This document shows positions 5,074 through 9,980 of a stretch of 9,980 nucleotides of DNA, piece after piece. Position 1 is the first letter of the stretch, and the number at the start of each line of letters is the position of its first letter. The translations under genes and the position numbers were made by a program. Origin of the DNA: Candidatus Odinarchaeia archaeon (GTDB lineage Archaea; Asgardarchaeota; Odinarchaeia; Odinarchaeales; Odinarchaeaceae); NCBI GenBank assembly GCA_029856525.1, contig JAHQXC010000050.1:1-9980 (forward strand). Direction: 5' to 3'. A model generated the notes under the pieces. The model was not told the DNA's origin. It did no database searches and saw only the letters and a list, made by a program, of their open reading frames with translations.

Positions 5074-5541
5074 ATGTCTGATGAAAATGAGAGAACTGGA
5101 CAGTTTATAACTGTTGAAGAGTTGAAACCTAACTCTAAAAATGTGAATTTAAAAGTGAAAGTAGTATCTAAGACTGAGACTAGGGAGGTTGTATCTAGGA
5201 TTTCCGGGGAAACGCTTAGAGTTGCTGAAGCTTTAGTGGGTGATGAGACAGCGTCTATTCTATTAACATTGTGGAATGATGATATTGATAATCTTAAAGA
5301 TGGGAAGATCTATCAGATTAACAACGGTTATGTGACATTGTTTAAAGGCTCTATGAGGCTGAACACAGGGAAATATGGTAGTATTGAGGAGATTGAAGCA
5401 GAGGATTTCGGAGAGGTGAACTCTGAGAAGAATTTATCTGATCAGGTTTTCGAACAGCCTAGGTTTAAACGGCCGTTTAACCCTTCTCAGAGAGATTTCA
5501 GCCGTAGAGATCAGCGTAGACGTAGTTTTAGAAGAAGATAA
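5074..5541 (+). CDS. ssb: Single-stranded DNA-binding protein, single OB-fold (Sulfolobus SSB / RPA / hSSB1-like) with an Arg-rich tail
   Basis: LKPNSKNVNLKVKVV, VAEALVGDETASILLTLWND and IYQINNGYVTLFKGSMRLNTGK parallel crenarchaeal SSB ([55 protein letters not shown]). Confidence 0.9.
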   Translation: MSDENERTGQFITVEELKPNSKNVNLKVKVVSKTETREVVSRISGETLRVAEALVGDETASILLTLWNDDIDNLKDGKIYQINNGYVTLFKGSMRLNTGKYGSIEEIEAEDFGEVNSEKNLSDQVFEQPRFKRPFNPSQRDFSRRDQRRRSFRRR

Positions 5542-5553
5542 AATAATTTTTAA

Positions 5554-5584
5554 CGGCGCCGATTAGAGCGCCGCTTTCTTTTTT
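5554..5584 (+). terminator. Hairpin plus U-tract terminator after ssb
   Basis: CGGCGC-(8 nt)-GCGCCG at 5554-5573 is followed by CTTTCTTTTTT (5574-5584). Confidence 0.65.
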
Positions 5585-5661
5585 ATAAGAATGATGTGAT
5601 AAAGCTGCTATTCTGTTAGTGGATTTTAGCCGCCTTAAATCCTCTTATATAAAGTATTCTT

Positions 5662-6573
5662 TTAACTGTTTAGCACGCTTGGAGTGAAGTCGCTTTTATT
5701 AGATAGTTGTGTGTTTATCTTAGAGACTTCCTCTATTTTCTCGTTTATTATTTTTAAAAGCTCTCTGCGATAGGATGGGTCTATTGCTACGAATCCATAT
5801 GTTGGCGCGTTTATTATCTCTTCTATTATATTAGGTTTTATAGCTTTTGGGAGATCTTGTTTATTAGCGATTACAATCACTTTCGCGTTAGGGTTCTCTT
5901 CTTCTATAAGTTTCATAATTTTTCTTCTAGTTTTTAAGAGATTAATCATGGTGGAGTCGACTACAACTATTATTAGGTCAGATCCTTTTATCAGAATTTT
6001 CCATAGGCTTTCGAATCGTTCTTGACCGGCGAAATCCCATACTATAAGTTTCACGCCGGGAAGTTTAACTTCTTTAAAAGGTTTTATGTCCACTGCTATT
6101 GTAGGGTTGTGTTTTAAAGGTATCTCCTCGTTTTTTAGAAGTTTCAGGATTGTCGTTTTACCGACTCCTCCGAATCCTATTAAGGAGACTTTAACAGTTC
6201 CTGAAATTATATCCTCTAAGTCGTCGTCGAATTTTTTAAAGCTGCTTATATCCCCTGTCCAGTTTTCTAATTCTAGTTTAAACTTATTGTAGAATGCTTC
6301 GCTTATTTTCTCCACTTTTTCCTGTAGTTTTTTCTCATCGTCGTCTTTATCAGCTACAACCACGACTATTATATCATGGAGGATATTGTAGATGAATTTA
6401 ACGTTGCCTGTTTTTATTGTTCTTATCACGTCTCCGCTGCTTACCTCTGAGACAAAGTTTTGGAGTGCGCTTAGGAAGCCGGATATTAGATTATCATCTA
6501 TGCTGCTCTCCTCATATTTTTTAGTGTATATGTTTTCCCCTGTTTTCCGCATTATGTACACTGAGTGAATCAT
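5662..6573 (-). CDS. Longin domain-small GTPase (Ras superfamily, Arf/Rab-like) fusion protein
   Basis: Residues ~1-123 show an Asgard longin pattern (IHSVYIMRKTGENIY; DNLISGFLSALQNF; VKFIY; IIVVVVAD; FYNKF; WTGDISSFKKF). Then G1 GFGGVGKT, G2 PTI, G3 WDFAGQERF and G4 NKQD. ATG with GAGGT (6584-6580) 6 nt upstream. Confidence 0.85.
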   Translation of the reverse strand: MIHSVYIMRKTGENIYTKKYEESSIDDNLISGFLSALQNFVSEVSSGDVIRTIKTGNVKFIYNILHDIIVVVVADKDDDEKKLQEKVEKISEAFYNKFKLELENWTGDISSFKKFDDDLEDIISGTVKVSLIGFGGVGKTTILKLLKNEEIPLKHNPTIAVDIKPFKEVKLPGVKLIVWDFAGQERFESLWKILIKGSDLIIVVVDSTMINLLKTRRKIMKLIEEENPNAKVIVIANKQDLPKAIKPNIIEEIINAPTYGFVAIDPSYRRELLKIINEKIEEVSKINTQLSNKSDFTPSVLNS

Positions 6574-6584
6574 TATTAAACCTC

Positions 6585-6605
6585 TTATGTAGCTTAGCTA
6601 CATAA
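6585..6605. promoter_or_regulatory. Perfect 21-bp palindrome TTATGTAGCT-T-AGCTACATAA upstream of the longin-GTPase SD, a candidate operator
   Basis: 10-bp arms with a 1-nt spacer abut the SD (6580-6584), within the divergent GTPase/MFS intergenic region. Minus-strand TATA candidates lie near 6631-6624 and 6650-6643. Confidence 0.55.
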
Positions 6606-6762
6606 TATTATTCATTCTACAAATATATTAAGAAAAATCTATAATATTAACTTATCCATCTCACTTTAATAAAAAATATAGTCTAGTCGACGCCTATGAA
6701 ACCTAAAAATTTTTAAACTAGGATCGTTTAAAGCTGAATTCTAACTCTATAACTTAACAATA

Positions 6763-8019
6763 ATGGAGTTAGCGAATATGTCTGAGAATAGGCTTTTTAA
6801 TAGATGGATTGTAGTTATCGGCGCGGTTGTAATTCAACTAGCTTTAGGTACAATTTACACATGGGGCGTGATGACAATCTTCGTATCACCTTATCTTGGT
6901 CTTCCACGGGAGTTAACTGTTTTCGTTTTCGGAGTCGGTTTACTAGCTTTCGGTTTATCAATGATTTTCTCAGGTCAATTCCAGCAGCGGGTGGGTCCGC
7001 GTAAAGCGACTATGATCGGAGGTATAATATTAGCAGCCGGTGTCATGTTATCCGCAGCTATGACAACTCTTATCGGCTTGATTATAACCTACGGTCTCCT
7101 CTTCGGTATAGGAATCGGTATATGCTATGTATGCCCTATAGCTACAGCTCAGAAATGGTTCCCGGATAAGAAGGGGCTTATAAGCGGTATAGCTGTAGCC
7201 GGTTTCGGTGCAGGCGCTTTCATATTCAACTATGTGATTTCAGCATTAGCTGTGATCAGCATTCCATTAATGTTCATAATTCTAGGGGTGATATACGCTG
7301 CAATGATTTTAATTGGAGCTTTAACTTTAAAACTACCTCCCGTAGACTACCGTCCTCCAGGCTGGACGCCTCCCCCTCCGACGGCTGGAGTCTCCTCAGG
7401 TCTAGATCTAACTAGAAATGAAACAGTTAAAACTAAAGCGTTTTGGACACTTTGGTTGATGTTCACGCTTTCAGCTATATCAGGGCTGCTAGTTATAGGC
7501 TCTTTCGCCGCTTTCGCTAAGCTTACAGACTCTTTAGGTAACCCATTATACGCGATATCAGCGACAGACTTTGTTCTATTAGGCGGTATAGCAGCGTTAT
7601 TTAACGGTTTAGGTCGAATTATATGGGGTAGAATCGCGGATACACTCACCTATAAGAGAACAATGCTAATAATGTTCACCGTTCAAGGTATATTAATGAT
7701 CGTATACTTCTTCACTAATGTGAGTGTCCCAGCATTTATGGCTTTAACATGCTTAATCTATTTCTGCTTTGGCGGGAACTTCTCACTGTTTCCAACAGCT
7801 ACAGCAGATTTATTCGGGTTGAAAAACGTTGGCGCTAATTACGGTGTAGTCTTTTCAGCTTACGGTATAGCGGGATTCATAGGCGCTACAATGGTGCCGG
7901 CATTCTACGCAGCCTTCGGCAGCTATCTGCTCCTATTTGTTACAATGGGTTTAATGTCTTTCGCAGCCTCAGCGCTTACATTGATTATAAAACCGCCTAA
8001 AACTGGATCGACTGCTTAA
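6763..8019 (+). CDS. MFS transporter, oxalate:formate antiporter (OFA / OxlT / YhjX-like) family
   Basis: About 12 hydrophobic segments. Family motifs NRWIVV, LGTIYTWGV, PIATAQKWFPDKKGLISGIAVAGFG, FNGLGRIIWGRIAD and GGNFSLFP..TADLFGLKNVGANYG. The start may be ATG 6778 (GGAG at 6765-6768). Substrate cannot be determined from sequence. Confidence 0.88.
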   Translation: MELANMSENRLFNRWIVVIGAVVIQLALGTIYTWGVMTIFVSPYLGLPRELTVFVFGVGLLAFGLSMIFSGQFQQRVGPRKATMIGGIILAAGVMLSAAMTTLIGLIITYGLLFGIGIGICYVCPIATAQKWFPDKKGLISGIAVAGFGAGAFIFNYVISALAVISIPLMFIILGVIYAAMILIGALTLKLPPVDYRPPGWTPPPPTAGVSSGLDLTRNETVKTKAFWTLWLMFTLSAISGLLVIGSFAAFAKLTDSLGNPLYAISATDFVLLGGIAALFNGLGRIIWGRIADTLTYKRTMLIMFTVQGILMIVYFFTNVSVPAFMALTCLIYFCFGGNFSLFPTATADLFGLKNVGANYGVVFSAYGIAGFIGATMVPAFYAAFGSYLLLFVTMGLMSFAASALTLIIKPPKTGSTA

Positions 8020-8023
8020 CCCC

Positions 8024-8042
8024 TTTTTATCTTTTATTTTTT
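8024..8042 (+). terminator. Oligo-T terminator after the MFS gene
   Basis: T5 (8024-8028), T4 (8032-8035) and T6 (8037-8042) in the 31-nt convergent gap. Confidence 0.55.
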
Positions 8043-8050
8043 GTTAATTG

Positions 8051-8986
8051 TTAGAATACGCCTATTAGAAAGGCTAGTAATCCTAGGAAGGCTCCAAGTT
8101 TATCGAGGAGACTAGCTTTTCTCTGATTCTTATTGTTTTCAGGATTTAACCTGATTAATATCGTTGACCCGGCTACGCATAACATTCCCGGAACATATAA
8201 TATTGAAAATAATATTCTCGGAAGAGATGAGACCCCTGTAAGTGATAGTGTTAAAGCTAATGTGAACGCGATCATACCTATTATATTGGATAACTGTGCA
8301 ATTCGCGCCGCTGTTAGAATACCGTATCGTCTAGCTATTGTCTGAACGCCTCGAATAGCGTCCCCTTCAATATCCTCTATTCCCTTTATTATCTCTCTTC
8401 CCTGTAATACCATGAACGCTGTTATGAAATAAAGCCATATTATCGGTGGTATTCCTATTAATCTGAGAAGCTGATAGTAGACGATTAGAGCACCGTATAA
8501 TAAACCGAAGGAGAAAGAGAATGAAACCATGAAGTTTCCTATTAGCCCCATTATTTTACCTTTAGCCGCGTAGAGTAACCCTACTATGGAGAACGCTATT
8601 GCTATAATCCCTCCTAATATATTAGTTAGAAAGGCTAATGTGACCCCTGTTGCCCAGAATATTATAGTTAACGCTTTCGCTTCATTAACTGTAAGCCGAC
8701 CGCTGGGTAAAGGTCTATCCGGCCGGTTAACTTTATCCACTTCTATATCGAAGATATCGTTAACTATGTTTCCTGCGGTTGCTATACTGAAATAAGTGAA
8801 ATATGATAAAACTAAAAAAACGGCTAGTAAATGTGTTGGTAAACTAACATCTAAATCAACTCGGAGTAACTCATTAACTGTTAGAACGGAGATGGTTGTT
8901 GTTATACTACCGAAAACCACGTTAGACGGTCTCATAATACTTACGATGGCTTTAATTTTTTCTTTTCTCGATGTCATTGTAACCAC
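8051..8986 (-). CDS. UbiA-family prenyltransferase, most likely digeranylgeranylglyceryl phosphate (DGGGP) synthase
   Basis: N-terminal MRPSN. First Asp-rich motif GNIVNDIFDIEVDKVNRPDRPLPSG, then LYAAKGKIMGLIGNF. Second motif REIIKGIEDIEGDAIRGVQTIARRYG. All are typical of archaeal DGGGP synthases. The start may be ATG 8977 (GTGGT just upstream). Confidence 0.82.
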   Translation of the reverse strand: MVTMTSRKEKIKAIVSIMRPSNVVFGSITTTISVLTVNELLRVDLDVSLPTHLLAVFLVLSYFTYFSIATAGNIVNDIFDIEVDKVNRPDRPLPSGRLTVNEAKALTIIFWATGVTLAFLTNILGGIIAIAFSIVGLLYAAKGKIMGLIGNFMVSFSFSFGLLYGALIVYYQLLRLIGIPPIIWLYFITAFMVLQGREIIKGIEDIEGDAIRGVQTIARRYGILTAARIAQLSNIIGMIAFTLALTLSLTGVSSLPRILFSILYVPGMLCVAGSTILIRLNPENNKNQRKASLLDKLGAFLGLLAFLIGVF

Positions 8987-9174
8987 TGACTTTTAGAAAA
9001 GGTTACTTCTTCATATTATACATATTGTTTTAAGTTTTACTCACTTAAATATTAAATCAAACTTTAAATATAGTATTACAACACATTTAAGCTAATCTTT
9101 TGTTAACAGTCAGCTATAAGAACCATGGGTGATTAGCGAATTTAGTATAACTTATATATAAATAAGGTGGGTTT

Positions 9175-9912
9175 ATGAAGTTAAAAAATTCAACTGTTTA
9201 CCTTATTATTACTTTAACGGTTGTGGGCTGTCTTCTATATTTAATTCTTTCTTCACCTGATATAATGTCTTTTTTCGACGGTTTAACTACTGTAATGTAT
9301 GATTTCGTTATGAATAATCCGGTTTCAGCTTACTTCGGCGCGTTTATTATATCAACATTCGGTAATTTCACGGTTTTTCTCCCTGTTCCATATGCTTTAG
9401 CTGTTTTCCTCCTCGGAGCTCAACCATTCATAAACCCGTTGCTTTTAGCTTTAATCTGCGGTTTAGGTTCAGGTATAGGTGAGGTTTCAGCTTATCTTAT
9501 AGGTGTAGGCGGTAGAAAATTTATAGAAAGAAAATATGAGAAGAATTTAAAGTCTATTAGTGCTTTAATTGAACGTTACGGATTCTGGGCGATTATATTA
9601 TTCGCAGTTACACCTTTACCTGACGATACTCTTCTAATACCTTTAGGGGTTTTAAGATATAATATGGCTAAAACACTCTTCGCTTGTATTCTAGGTAAGA
9701 CTCTATTATGTCTTCTACTAGCTTTCGGCGGTCGTTTAGGCTGGGGTTTTGTAGAGTTAATTTTCACAGGCGGAGGGGTTATAGGTACCGTGCTGGCTGT
9801 GATCGGGACGATTCTCCTCATATACTTTATGCTAAAAATCGATTGGTCTGTTATATTAAACAAGAAGAGAGTGGCTGAAACAAGTGTGGGAAAAGATTCA
9901 GATTCTCGTTGA
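9175..9912 (+). CDS. DedA/VTT (SNARE-associated) family membrane protein, putative lipid scramblase/transporter
   Basis: Re-entrant helix motif FTVFLPVP, GLGSGIGEVSAYLIG, basic amphipathic segment, YGFWAIILFAVTPLPDD, IPLGVLRY and ILGK. SD AGGTG about 6 nt before ATG 9175. Confidence 0.88.
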   Translation: MKLKNSTVYLIITLTVVGCLLYLILSSPDIMSFFDGLTTVMYDFVMNNPVSAYFGAFIISTFGNFTVFLPVPYALAVFLLGAQPFINPLLLALICGLGSGIGEVSAYLIGVGGRKFIERKYEKNLKSISALIERYGFWAIILFAVTPLPDDTLLIPLGVLRYNMAKTLFACILGKTLLCLLLAFGGRLGWGFVELIFTGGGVIGTVLAVIGTILLIYFMLKIDWSVILNKKRVAETSVGKDSDSR

Positions 9913-9954
9913 TAAAAGCTTGATAAATAAAATTAAATCTTTAACTTTATTGGC

Positions 9955-9980
9955 GTGAAGTTCCCTGCGAAAGCCGGGGG
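9955..9980 (-). mobile_element. Possible IS200/IS605-family right end (hairpin plus TTCAC), truncated by the window edge
   Basis: The minus strand reads CCCCCGGC-TTTC-GCAGGGAAC-TTCAC, resembling the common IS605 right-end pattern GAAG-CCCC..TTT..GGGG..TTCAC. It is a GC-rich hairpin next to an AT-rich intergenic stretch. Only 26 nt are visible. Confidence 0.3.

Noticed and set aside
5591-5642. ATGATGT (box C-like) and the GGATTT..AAATCC hairpin (5621-5642), as a possible C/D sRNA or a GTPase-gene terminator
   Set aside because: No CTGA box D or D' is present, and no U-tract follows the hairpin on the minus strand.
7336-7389. Pro-rich MFS loop PPVDYRPPGWTPPPPTAG as an ESCRT late-domain (PTAP/PPxY) mimic
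   Set aside because: It matches neither P(S/T)AP nor PPxY, and Pro-rich PPxGW central loops are common in OFA transporters.
291-8996. Antisense or nested ORFs in the track (291-629, 865-1188, 2818-3348, 3767-3970, 4477-4857, 6086-6292, 6804-7004, 7347-7649, 8133-8345, 8586-8795, 8796-8996) and 9576-9863
   Set aside because: All lie almost entirely within well-supported genes, show Ser/Leu/Phe-rich shadow composition, and have no recognisable motifs.
9973-9980. GCCGGGGG as the 5' end of a tRNA
   Set aside because: Only 8 nt are visible, and they are already paired in a GAAA hairpin with upstream bases, so a tRNA call cannot be supported.
1-9980. CRISPR arrays, rRNA, integrase/transposase genes, long direct repeats
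   Set aside because: None were seen. All intergenic gaps are under 230 bp and lack periodic repeats.

Overview
Archaeal, AT-rich window with archaeal SD motifs (GGAGGT/AGGTG/GAGG) and TATA boxes. Gene content points strongly to an Asgard archaeon; Odinarchaeia-like is a guess, not verified. The left half (1-4849) is an apparently complete ESCRT cluster: a probable Vps23/37 C-terminus, Vps28, Vps22/36, Vps25, Vps4, ESCRT-IIIA (Vps2/24/46) and ESCRT-IIIB (Vps20/32/60), in convergent and divergent units. The right half encodes a single-OB Sulfolobus-type SSB, a longin-small GTPase fusion, an OFA-family MFS transporter, a UbiA-family (likely DGGGP synthase) prenyltransferase and a DedA/VTT membrane protein. 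Asgard ESCRT clusters are already known. The less obvious signals are: (i) an apparent reciprocal charge swap between the MIM1-like helices and the Vps4 MIT domain; (ii) a near-copy of the ESCRT-IIIB C-terminal MIM helix in the Vps25 N-terminal extension; (iii) a GC-rich, hairpin-rich ~100-nt unit with its own TATA box between ESCRT-IIIB and ssb, bounded by TTGAT...TTCAA like a miniature IS200/IS605 or omegaRNA; (iv) a second IS605-like right end at the window edge; (v) two perfect 10-bp-arm palindromes at promoters. All family calls come from motif recognition by eye, with no database searches.
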